Assembly: GCA_965112735.1 (NCBI GenBank)
Contig: OZ218963.1
Coordinates: forward strand, 2,294,001-2,358,000
Source: Phaeosaccion multiseriatum
Taxonomy: Eukaryota > Protista > Ochrophyta, other classes
Length of the DNA: 64,000 bases
Direction: 5' to 3'
Shown: in pieces, positions 23,736 to 35,458 of the stretch
Layout: every line of letters begins with the position of its first letter
Position numbering within the stretch: the first letter of the stretch is position 1
The notes under the pieces: generated by a model
The model's database searches: none
What the model was told of the DNA's origin: nothing
The model's input: the letters and a program-made list of their open reading frames with translations, nothing else
Translations under genes and position numbers: made by a program

Positions 23736-24258
23736 CAAACTCTGCCGCTATCATCTCTTTCACCATTGCAGCCATCTGCTGCAGTGCGTCTCCTTCTATC
23801 GCGGAACTCGCACTGACGGGCGCCGCTGCGTCCGCCTTTTCAACGCCTTCTTCTTCCGCGCCTGGCATGGCTAACGAAAGGACTCCCTTCTCTCTCACTT
23901 GAGTTATCCGACCAAAACTCGCCTGTGTGCCGTCGCCGACTACTCGTAGAACCAGCTAGCTGTGAAGTGTCGCGACAGCTGTCGTGTTGCGATATCTCCT
24001 CTACGATGACAGGGACAAGCTAGAGTAGTGTCAACTCGTGTATTAATAATACCTACTGAGAGATGCGTTCAAGGAAGTGATGGCCGTGGCCATACATGAA
24101 TATCGATATCCACATCGATATTGTACGTCGATATAGTGCTCAGTCACAACTGGCGATGCTCATCACAACACCTGGGGCTAAGTTCCCCGGGGCGGTGAGA
24201 CATTACTTTTAGACAACCATAGATGGCACTTAAGGGTGTAATATATTTTAACACCTGG

Positions 24259-26276
24259 AGGGTGTCGATGATGTGGTGGTGGCTCAGTGGTTGGAGCAAC
24301 TCTTGTCCATGTGGAGCAGTCACTCGTTGCTGAAGCAGGCCGGTGTGGAGACGGAGCTGAACGCAGCACTGCAGTTGTTTCTCACCATTCGGCGGCTACT
24401 GTGGCAGTGTCGTGCCCTGCGGGCGGAGGTGGGAGGGTTGGCAGGTGGTGAATGTGTGCAGCAGCAGAGGCGGCGGGCGCAAGCAGCAGTGGCACGGGCC
24501 AAATTCTACCAGGCGCAGCTGCCCCAGCACATGCACGCAATGACTATCGGTGATGAAGGTTGGACAGAAGCGCAGCGGTGGGGCTTGGTGGTGGTGTTGA
24601 AGCAGCGAGTAGCGGCCTTCTGCGTGGATGGGAGCGATTACGGCCGCACAGATTCGGGCCGGTTTGGGTTTCCGTTGCTGGACCCGAAGCAGCCGCCAAT
24701 TCGGAGTGCGGCACGGCGCTACCCTCCTCCGGTCCGGCGCGGTATTGAGATTGAGTTGAACAAGATGTTAGCAGCAGAGATCATCCGGCCCAGCACAGCA
24801 GCCTGGGCCACTCCACTCATGGCCGTGTTGAAGACGGACGAGCACGGCAACACCAAGTGCCACGAGGACGGCACTCCGATCGTGCGGATGACGTGTGACC
24901 TGTCGCAGCTCAATGACGCGTGCCGCACGGAGGCGCCCGCCATGCCAGTGGTGGATGATTTGCTGGCGGAAATGCAGGGGTCTACGGTCTTTTCGGTGAT
25001 GGACATCATGTCTGGCTACTTCAATGTGCCCATGGCCACCACGGAGGATGAGGACATCTCTACATTTGTCTGCCACAGTGGCACGTACGCCTGGAGAGTC
25101 ATGCCACAAGGAGCGAAGAATGCACCCGCCACGTTCGTACGCCTTATGAACACGGTGTTGCAGGGCCTACAGGCATTCGTGGCGTGCTTCGTGGACGACA
25201 TTGCAGTTTTCTCCGCCACGGTGGATCCAGCACATTGGCCAGTTAGACCAAGTTCTCGGCAGGATGGTGCAGCACAAGCTCAAGCTGGCGCCGAGCAAGG
25301 TGGTGTTGGGGGCATCTCAGGTGCGCTTCTGTGGGCATTTGGTGGATAGTGAGGGGGTGCGGGCCGATCCAGCCAAGTATGCAGCAGTTCGAGCGCTGGC
25401 CAAGCCCACTGCGCAGTCAGGCAATCAGGTGCGACAGGTCAGGCGCTTTGTAGGCATGCTCAGCTACTTCCGCAAATTCATTCCGGCGTTTGCCATGAAG
25501 GTGCGGCCGCTCAATGAGCTCTTGCGCAAAGGGGTGGATGTGCGGTCAGCGTGGGGGCCGAGGCACGACGCGGCGTGGGAGGGGCTCATCGAGGACCTGC
25601 TCCGCTCGCCCGCGTTGGCCTTCCCTCACTATGGCTCGGAATCGGTGTTCACGCTCAGCACCGACGCTTCAGCAGACGGGTTAGGGGGTGTGCTGTCGCA
25701 GCGGGATGCCGAGGGGGTGGAGCGAGTCGTGACGTTCATCAGTCGTGCCACTACCCCCACGGAGGCTCGGCTAGGCAGTACGGAGCTCGAGCTCTTGGCG
25801 GTGGTTTGGTGTGTGCGCAAGTTGAGCATGTACATTTGCCACCATCCCTGCACGGTGGTGACGGACCACCAACCATTGCTGTGGCTGGCGACGCACAAGG
25901 ACACCAACTCCAAGCTCTTTCGGTGGTATGAACGGCTCTCTGCTCATCATCTCAAGTTTGTCCACAAACCGGGGCGGGAGCTTGTGGTGCCTGACTGCTT
26001 GTCACGCGACCCCTTGCCTGTGACTGAGTGGTGTGATGCGGTGGGAGTGGAGGTGGCGTTGGTGGATGTGGTGGGTGACACCCTCGCGTTAGGGTGGGAG
26101 GATCCGGTGGAAGGTGCGGTGCTGCGGTTTGCTGCCGCGGCGCAGCAGTTGCAAGGGGAGGCGGTGGCGGCTCAGTCAGTGCCTATGGAGGGACTCTCGT
26201 CGGTCACGGCGAGACAGCAGGCGTCGGCAGGTTTGGAGGCGCTGTGCGTGGACAGTGTGGCGGTCGAGGCGCCAGG
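24259..26276 (+). pseudogene. Element B reverse transcriptase and RNase H
   Basis: MDIMSGYFNV, MPQGAKNAP, FVDD, TDASADGLG, TDHQPL; +1 frameshift near 25228 relative to the paralog at 52840. Confidence 0.92.
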
Positions 26277-29200
26277 TGTTGCGATGTCTCTCTGCGCAAG
26301 TAGATACGTAAGCTCTTGTGCGTGTCAACTAATGTATTGTTCTTAACAGAACGCCATAAAAGTAGTACAGGGCCAAAGCCCCATGAGCCGAAGATCCCAG
26401 TGACGCATGTAACCAATATTGGGCATCCCACAGACCCCAATAAAGATCATATCACAACACCCTCCTTGGATCGAGACTCACTCTTTCCTAAACAGACACT
26501 CCTAAGATAGCAAGTAAAACGCATGTAAAACCTCGCTACCCTATTACCTAATCGCTAATCACTAACCCAAGCTATCCCAAGACTAACCCAAGCTAAAATA
26601 AAACCCAAACTACTTCAGCATCTTCGAAACCAAGTACTTGTGTACCTGTGGAGTCAAAGCCTTGGTCATGATGTCCCCAAGCTGCTCCTTCGTGTTCCCA
26701 TACTGAAACCTTACGTGCCCGTGCTGCACGTGATACTGCAGAAAATGATACCGAATGTCAGTGTGACGCGTGCGCTTGGAGCTCGCATTGCCATTGGCCA
26801 GCTGGATGCACCCCTGATTGTCCTTTGTACATCATCGTCTCCTCCAAAACCGTCTTCGGAAAGAGAAACTCCAAAAGACCTCGATGAAAGAGCACCTCCT
26901 TCGTGCACTCCGCTGCTGCCATATACTCACTCTCCATGGAGCACATTGCAATGACCTTGAACATCACTGCCTTGTGTGCAATTGGCCCGCCGCCAAGCAT
27001 GAGTACGAACCCCCCAGAGCTACGACGCTTGTCCACGTCCCCAGCCCAATTTGCGTCAGCGTAAGCCTCCAAAGCAAGACCCGCCTTTCGATCAAATTCA
27101 ATCCCCAAATCAAATGTACCCCTAATATACCCTGTCAAATGCATCAATGCCTTCCAGTGCTCCGGTCCCGGTCGCTGCATAAAACGAGCAAGCTCTCGCA
27201 CAGCATAAGACGTGTCTGGTCGCACAAAGTTGGCTGCCCACATCAAAGAACACACAAGACACGAGTACAACTTGTCAGACATAAACTCAATGTCTTCCAA
27301 ACCGTTGGCCTCCATTGTCTTAGACAAATGCACTCCCGGCTCCACTGGAGAGCCGTAAATTGGCCCCTCCAACTCGCCAGGTCGCTCCAAAGAACGACGC
27401 AGATACCCTCCAACCGAAAGCCGAAGAATACCCTGCTCCCGCTGATAATTCACCTCCAAACCCAGAAAGTGATCAGCCCGAGGACTGCGCTTCAAAGCAA
27501 ATTGCCCGTCTATCGCCGCGTAGGTACGGTCGATCAAATCTCCCGCTCCAGCCCCACACAGGTCATCCGCGTAAACAACTAACATGCCACACAAAATCTC
27601 CTCCTCCGTGTAGTAAGCAAACAAACACGGATCAATGTCACTCTGCACCCAGCCCATGCGTAACAGAAACTCTACCAGAGTCTGATTCCAACGCCTCGGT
27701 GACTGATGCAAACCATACAAGCTCCTCAAGAGCCTCAGCACAAGCCCACGCCCAAGCAAGTTATTTGGCGCAGAAACATACACTTCCTCCCCCTCCTCCA
27801 GAGGAGCGAACAGAAATGCAGTCTCTACATCAGCAATTTGCAAATCCCAATCATTGTGGCAAGCAATCGCAAAGAAAAGTTTCAATGTCGACCCACCCAC
27901 AACCGGAGCAAACGTATCCCAAAAGTCTTTGCCCCGCACCTGATGATGACCCCCCACCACCAGCCTCATCTTGAATTTATCCACAGTCCCATCAGGTTTT
28001 ACCTTGAGCTTGGATATCCAATGAGTAGGCAAGACGTGCATTCAGTCGGTCCGCGGGACTACCTCCCAGACCTTGCCCCTCCAAGCTGTTCCACTCACTG
28101 TGGAGAGCCTCGTTCCACTCCTCGGCGAACTCGCCGTTGAGCGCCTCGTTGATGCTCTTGTGCTCAAACCCGCCCGGCTTCTTCATAAGCCGAGTCAATT
28201 TCTCCTCGCAAATGCTATGTCGCTCACAATCATGCTAGCGGCCATCACCGACGAACCCACCCGGCTATCACACAGTCAGCCTGTTCGTCTTCAATGCCAC
28301 TTGCCTCTAAGCTCTTCCACAAATGCTCACAAGTCTTCGCTGGTGACCCATACACATGTCCACCCAAGACTTCATGCCACTCGAACGTAGCACCCATATC
28401 ATACCCCCTCTACAGGAACACTCAAAATCCAGTCCCCCTCTTCTGTGCACAACTTGCTCACCCTTGGTCCTGCTTCCGCGTTGACCTCTCCCATACAAAT
28501 CTTGCTCGCACGTAACCCTCATGCCACGCTGACCGCTCCCATACTTCCCTGTAGGTAGCGCACGCCAGTCCGTCTCCTGGGCGCCTCTGTCGCCCTCCCT
28601 GGCTGTCTCATACATCCAAAAACGACTGGCCTGCATAGGATCCAGGTTCTGCTCTGCCTTGCTCTGCTCTGCCTTGCTCTGCTCTGTCTCCTCTGCTCTG
28701 CTTTGCTCCGCTCTGGCTGCTCTTCCTGGTGCTGTTCTTGTTGTACTGTACGCTGCCTTCTCTTGTGTCTCTGCTGGCTCTGCCTGCTGCCGCTCGCGCT
28801 GTGCGGCTGGCTCTGCCTGTCTGCTGTCTTTGCCCCTCTCGGGAGTGGGTCCGTCCCTGCACGACGCTGCATATACTCTCCCGCCCGGCAGCGGGGTGTC
28901 CAATGCTGCCTGCTGTGTCACGGTAGACTTTCTCGTCGGTGCCACTGCCTCTTCCGGCTCTGCACGCTCTGGTTGCTGCTTTGCCTCTTCCGGCTCTGCA
29001 CACTCTGGTTGCTGCTCTGCCTCTTCCGGCTCTGCACACTCTGGTTGCTGCTCTGCCTCTTCCGGCTCTGCACGCTCTGGTTGCTGCTCTGCCTCTTCCG
29101 GCTCTGCACGCAACCCTCTCTCTTCATTAGTAAGGGGCCCTCCCTCACCATTAGGACTGATCTTACGTGTATCGACCGACACTTCCGTTTCACCATCCGT

Positions 29201-30161
29201 CCCTTCTTCTTCCGGCTCCGGCATACCATTTTCTCGTATGCCCAGCCCAAGACTACTAACGTAGCCTTCGATGTGGGACGCACCCTCATCACCGGGACAG
29301 GTCTCACGTGTGTCAGAAGACACATCCGTTCCACCATCCGCCCCCACTGTTTGGACATAAGAATTGTCCTGTGCCGCATCTTCTGCCGTGGGCACTCTCT
29401 CGTCATCCGACAGAATGTCTAAGGCGCCTTGCATGCCAATAAAGGCGCGCAGATCGGCCTTGTACTGCCAGAACTCTACTAACGTAGAGCCCTCTTTCAG
29501 CTCAGAAGAAAAGGTTTGCACTTTTGACTTGTAGCTCAAACAAATCAGAGAACCGCTGCTACCGCTGCTGCCCCCATCCACGCTGTTTCCCCTTTCCTCT
29601 ACCGTGCCGCCAATACCTGACGCACTTTCTTGGCTTTCGGCTGCTAACGCAACAGAACCGCCTGCTTCGGAACTTGTGCCCAACTGGGCTTCCATCATCT
29701 GCATAAGCCTTGCAATCTGCTGCTCCTGCTTCTGCACTGTGCGAAGCAATACCTGAGAATCTAACGATTCGCTGCTTGCTCCTTGACTAGAGGTTACATC
29801 AACCTCTTCGTCATCGTCCCCTTTCTGCTCTGTCGTGCTAGCATGTCCCCCAGACATGGGTACCGCAAGACAGGACTACGCCTTCTTCTGTTGAATTACA
29901 CTCACTTCGTTTTCTGCTGTCGCCGAACAAATAAATTGCAGAACCAGCTAGCTGTGAAGATGTTCGCGACAATTGTCGTGTTGCGATGTCTCTCTGCGCA
30001 AGTAGATACGTAAGCTCTTGTGCGTGTCAACTAATGTATTGTTCTTAACAGAACGCCATAAAAGTAGTACAGGGCCAAAGCCCCATGAGCCGAAGATCCC
30101 AGTGACGCATGTAACCAATATTGGGCATCCCACAGACCCCAATAAAGATCATATCACAACA
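26277..30161 (-). mobile_element. Element D: Ty1/copia deletion derivative retaining RT-RNase H but lacking PR and IN
   Basis: 183-bp LTRs 26277-26459 and 29979-30161, TSD CCAGG, PPT at 26460-26467; RT LYGLHQSPR, YADD; RH YADANWA; gag N-terminus in ORF 28307-29857. Confidence 0.92.
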
Positions 30162-30166
30162 CCAGG

Positions 30167-31283
30167 CGGCTTCGGGTCGGCTCGGCTGCAGCACGTGGAG
30201 CAGATGCGGCAATGTGGCTGGGCTCCAGTGACCCTGTCCCACATCAACGAGAAGAAACGGGTGATAGAGGAGTGGTCTCAGCTGCCGCTGTTTCTCAGCC
30301 ACGTGCCAGCAGCGCGGTGCACGTACATACGCACGGAGGAGCAGGTGTGGGACATGCGAGCGGCACTGCGGGAGGCGACAGTGGTGGCCATGGACTCGGA
30401 GTGGGCTATACGCACTCCTCCTCGGCCGGCGTCTCTGCTGCAATTGGGTGTTCAGTATAGCGGCGTCGCCAATTCGGAGCGTGATTGTGGGTTCTGGGTG
30501 GATTTGGACAGTTTGAGTGGCAATGGTGGTATGGAGGCGCTGGCGGCGGTGCTGAGTGAGCTGTGGGGCGACGGGGGGATTATGAAGCTGGCGCATCACT
30601 GGAGTCACGACCAGCGTGCCCTAGGGAAGTGGCCGGCGTTGGCGCCGCATGTGTGGACCATCGCCAACTTGGTCGACACGACGCATTTATTCAAGGAGGT
30701 GTGGCCTGAGCACTGCCGTCCCATTGGCTTAGCAGACCTGGTTAGTATGTTCCTGCAGCGTTTTATGAGCAAGGAGGAGCAGAAGACGGATTGGACTCAG
30801 CGGGAGCTCACTGCGGCCCAGCTCAGCTATGCCTTCGACGATGTGGCCGCATTACTACAGTTGTTGCCGAAGATGCGGGCTTGTGCAGTTCCGGTGCCGT
30901 CTGCGATGGAAGTGAGCGCGGTGGATAGCGGGGGGGCGGGTGTGACGCGTGCTGAGATGCGCGCAGGACAGTTCGTCTCTGCCGGGGTGGGGTATTGGGC
31001 CGATCGGGAGCACGCCAGTCCGCTCTTCATTTTCTCAGCGACCGCTAAGTCAGTGGAGATGATCGACCTGATCCTTCTTTCTTACCGACATCCCCAGTGG
31101 ACCTGGACGGAGCTCATGGACGCAGTGGAGCAGTTCAGGGCGCGCTATCGGCCGGCCGCGGCGCGGAGGCGTGGCAAGCTGTCACTACCTCGAGCGGTTA
31201 TGATTGAGAAGACGTGGAGTGCCATCGCCGCAGATACGGGCGGCTTCTACACCATGGTGACCCCCACAGAGGCCCAGCAGTAG
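30167..31283 (+). CDS. DEDDy 3'-5' exonuclease domain (RNase D/WRN/Mut-7-like) within element B pol
   Basis: ExoI VAMDSEW, LLQLG, ExoII HHWSHD, GLADLV, ExoIII TDWTQRELTAAQLSYAFDD; in frame with RNase H across the element D TSD. Confidence 0.85.
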
Positions 31284-32221
31284 TGGCAAACCCAAGGTGT
31301 GGCGTGGGACATCCCTGCCGCCGTCGAGGCCGCGGGCGTGGTGGGTGCATCGACGGTGGAGGCGGAGCGCACACCGCCTGCGGCCCCAGCAGACGCCACA
31401 GCCGGCGGCGGTGACGGTGCGGGTGGTGCAGGCGGCGGAGGAGGGGTTGAAGGCGGCGGCAGCGGCGGCGGCGGAGGTGGAGGAGGAGGAGGAGGAGGAG
31501 GAGGAGGAGGAGGAGGAGGAGGAGGAGGAGGCGGAGGAGGAGGAGGCGGCGGACTCACAGTTGGCGGCTCGGCCACGGGGGTGGAGGGACGAGAGGCTGG
31601 AGCGACTCCAGCGGCTGACACCGATGCCCATGCGGCTGCGGCGAGCGAGGCCGCAAGGCAGGCTGCTACGCGGCAATTTGGGTGGTCCCTCCCTGGTGTT
31701 CCGGCAGTGGGTGAGCAGTCGTGCGCAGCCCGCATATTGCATGGGGCTCGGACTTACCAGCCCGCGTGGTGGGTGAAGGCGCAGCAGCAGGACGCTGAGT
31801 TGGAGGGGTGGCGTCAGAAGGTCTTGGCAGCCTCCCCGGGCGAGGGGGTGTTCGATGCGGGCGGGGGGGAGTTCTCTCTCGATGGCGATGGCGTCCTTCG
31901 CCGCAAGTGGGCCCCCGGGGGGCGACGGTGGCGGGTAGAGCGAACGAGGTTGCAGCTCTGCGTCCCCAAGGCGCTCAGGCCGGCCCTACTGCATGCCACG
32001 CACGGCGATGCGGTCTCAGGCGGCCATCACGGGCCAGGGCGGATGCTGGATGCGCTGCAGGAGCGAGTGTGGTGGCCCTCCATGAACGGGCATGCGCTGT
32101 ACTGGGCCCGTTCATGTCTTGCGTGCCAGACACGCAAGACACCACGGAGGCGGCCTCCACAGGTTCCGCTCTCGTCCATATCACCGGCGGCTGTGAATGG
32201 GCCATGGGCGGTTATGGGTGC

Positions 32222-33684
32222 TGTGGAGTCGTGCACTGAAAGGATGACTACCAATAGCAATAGACCCTACCTGCACATAGCAGGAGGTCAGTCGCTATCC
32301 ACCAGAGGTGGAACACTCGTGAGAAAACGAAAGGACGAGAGATGAAGTAATATTTTAGGAGATGGAAAGAACTAAAAGGAAACTGAAACTGAACGAAGAA
32401 ACTGAAACTATGAACTGACGACATTTGTGAGCATACCTCCACAGTCCCCCCTTTGAAAGCATGTGTGCATACGCAGACATGATAAGGAAAGAGAAAGAGA
32501 TGAACACAAATAGGAGGAAAGGAAGTAAGGAAAAGAGGGAAATCCACACAGACTGGCTACACCGACTTGGGAACAGAACAGATGGAGGGAAAAGCTGCCT
32601 CACACAAGGGGGAGGGAAAAAGCGGCCACACAAACAGTCCAGAAACACCAGAGAGTAGAGAGAATTAGCCCTAGCTACACCGACTTGGGAACAGAACAGA
32701 TGGAGGGAAAAGCTGCCTCACACAAGGGGGAGGGAAAAAGCGGCCTCACAAACAGTCTAGAAACACCAGAGGGTAGGGAGAATTATTTCAGGGCACATTG
32801 GTACTCAGAAGGTATAGGAAAGAGTCCGAGGGAAACAGAAGAAGATTAGAAGTGAGGAGAGTAACGGTCACGGAGAAAGGTGACAGTACGTTCCGACGCC
32901 TGACGGGGAGGGCCGGTGGCGCCGTCTTTGATGTGCTGCGTCGCTGCTGCCTTACCAAGGGCCTCTTGGATATTAATGCCGAGCTCCTTCAGGGTGGCGC
33001 GGCCCACGGTAACCAACTTGGTCATGTCGTTATCCGTGATGGCATAGCTGATCTTGGGCACCAAGAGAGGGCCCTGGAAGGTGTGAAGAATGAGGTCCAA
33101 AGGTGGAGTACGCCGCTTGTAGGAAAACATGTTGGGGCTTGAGGCCGGCAGCGAGGCCTCCGCTGATTGCAGAAGCTGTGCCTTCTACCCATTCGTCCGC
33201 ACTCTCGTTGTAGACCACGGCGAGCTGCCCACATTTATCCAGCGCCGAAAAGAGCTGCACAATCTGCTGCTGGCATCGATCCACTGCGGCCGCTCTCTGA
33301 CTGGGATCGGCCAAAAAAGGCTGGATGTAGACCTCGATGCTGGAAGAGCCTACCGCGGGTGGTGTACAGCCTACCACCGGGTGTTGTAGTGGCGAGACGG
33401 ACATTGGTCGCCGCTGAAATTGGAAAGTGTATGAAATGTACTATCCGGTAATAACTAGTTATTGTGGAGTCGTGCACTGAAAGGATGACTACCAATAGCA
33501 ATAGACCCTACCTGCACATAGCAGGAGGTCAGTCGCTATCCACCAGAGGTGGAACACTCGTGAGAAAACGAAAGGACGAGAGATGAAGTAATATTTTAGG
33601 AGATGGAAAGAACTAAAAGGAAACTGAAACTGAACGAAGAAACTGAATCTATGAACTGACGACATTTGTGAGCATACCTCCACA
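32222..33684 (-). mobile_element. Element G1: 1463-bp non-autonomous LTR element (gypsy deletion derivative)
   Basis: 222-bp LTRs 32222-32443 and 33463-33684, TSD GTGC, PPT at 32444-32455, protease-tail-like remnant TVGRATLKELGINI. Confidence 0.92.
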
Positions 33685-33969
33685 GTGCTGACGTGGCAGG
33701 ACCTTTCCCCATGGCCATGGGGGGGGAGGAGTACATTTTGGTGTTTCAAGATTGGTTCACCAAATGGACAGTGGTGGTACCATTGTGCGCCAAGGACTAT
33801 ACAGCGGAGGGCATTGCTCGGGCATTCGTGCGGCACGTAGTGACGGTGCTGGGGGCGCCCAAGGTGCTGGTCAGTGACCAAGGGTCGCAGTTCACGAGCA
33901 CGCTCATGGCCGATGTGCTGCGCGTACTCCAGACATCACAAGTCTTCACTACGCCGATGCATCAGCAAG

Positions 33970-34694
33970 TGTTAGAAGTCGTACTTTTGCTAGACTGATA
34001 CCTCCCGGTCTGAATTCAGAGGGCAGGTATCAGTCTAGCAAAAGTACGACTTCTAACAAGGCTAGTTGTGAGTTCGAACCTTAGCTGTCGCTTGTGAAAA
34101 AGCGTATTTTTCGGCGAAAACTGTTACCAGCTTGCTGGCCCATGATGCTGATTCTCAGACTGCGAGTTACTTCTCTCCACTATGTGCGGTGGGGGGGGGG
34201 GGGTTCGTCTTCTAGCAACGGTCTTGTTAGAAGTCGTACTTTTGCTAGACTGATACCTCCCGGTCTGAATTCAGAGGGCAGGTATCAGTCTAGCAAAAGT
34301 ACGACTTCTAACATCTCCACTATGTGCGGTGGGGGGGGGGGTTCGTCTTCTAGCAACGGTCTTGCTAGAAGTCGTACTTTTGCTAGACTAATACCTCCCG
34401 GTCTGAATTCAGAGGGCAGGTATCAATACGACTTCTAACAAGGCTAGTTGTGAGTTCGAACCTTAGCTGTCGCTTGTGAAAAAGCGTATTTTTCGGCGAA
34501 AACTGTTACCAGCTTGCTGGCCCATGATGCTGATTCTCAGACTGCGAGTTACTTCTCTCCACTATGTGCGGTGGGGGGGGGGGGTTCGTCTTCTAGCAAC
34601 GGTCTTGTTAGAAGTCGTACTTTTGCTAGACTGATACCTACCCTCTGAATTCAGACCGGGAGGTACCAGTCTAGCAAAAGTACGACTTCTAACA
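33970..34694. mobile_element. Element K1: concatemer of the hairpin-terminal family K (four hairpins)
   Basis: Hairpins 33970-34058, 34225-34313, 34362-34440 (partly deleted), 34606-34694; single TSD CAAG. Confidence 0.9.
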
Positions 34695-35458
34695 CAAGCC
34701 AATGGGCAAGTGGAGCGCTTCATGGCCACGATGAAGGACATGCTGGCGACGACAGTGGAGGCCCAGATGCAGCAGTGGCCTGAGTATGTGTAAAGAGTCA
34801 CGTTGCTCTCCACCTAGGATAGGAGTAGCCGCATGGATAAGGTAATAGCAACCCCAAAGCCAGCCTGGCAGCCAGCCTTGTCTCTATTAGCTTTATCCGT
34901 GAGCCATCCTAAACGACCAACCTGCTGGGAGGTGAGTGAGAAACGGGCCACGCACCGTTTCTCACCGTATTTGCCTGGGCCTGGGCCATTGACATAATAC
35001 TGACTTTCAACATCCCCGTCAGCCATCCCTGCACTTCTAACATCCCCCTGCACTAAACTATTGCGTGTCCCCACGCAACTCAAAGCGGGTTCGCCTACTA
35101 AGCTAAGCTCGACTTGTAGCAAAAGCCTCCATGTTGCTTCCAATAAAAACGGATGAGAAATATGCAAAACTCACCCAGGTGTGTGCGACCGCTCCTCCAA
35201 CACACACCCTCCTGTATTGGTGAGAAAACCCCACGACTCAAACTCACCCACACAGGCTCACGGATGAGAACATGTTGGGATATCTCCCTCCTGGAGACTG
35301 GTGTCGTACTTGCACGAGTGTGGGAAAGCGTCTTATTAGCTACATAACACTAAAAGAAGAAGTGAACGGACTTGTACCAGCGATATGAGATCGATATCTA
35401 GTGTCGACATCGATTTATCTCAACACACCTCCTCGCCTGGTACTGTCCATTCCGCTAA

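Larger units (their letters stand above)
14840..24170 (-). mobile_element. Element C1: internally rearranged Ty1/copia element
   Basis: 186-bp LTRs 14840-15025 and 23985-24170, TSD CCTGG, PPT at 15026-15034, gag N-terminus homologous to C2, RNase H tail EDNQGCI..HIDIRYHF at 15162-15480. Confidence 0.92.

Noticed and set aside
28200-28310. Readthrough stop (TAG-CAT) in element D
   Set aside because: Region has several stops/frameshifts and the homologous fragment at 63538 reads TAC; not supportable
34059-34095. tRNA gene
   Set aside because: Only a GTTCGAAC T-loop-like motif; no cloverleaf or anticodon arm could be built by eye
33970-34694. CRISPR-like array of palindromic repeats
   Set aside because: Repeats are 89 bp, spacers are copies of each other, there is a TSD, no cas genes and the DNA is eukaryotic
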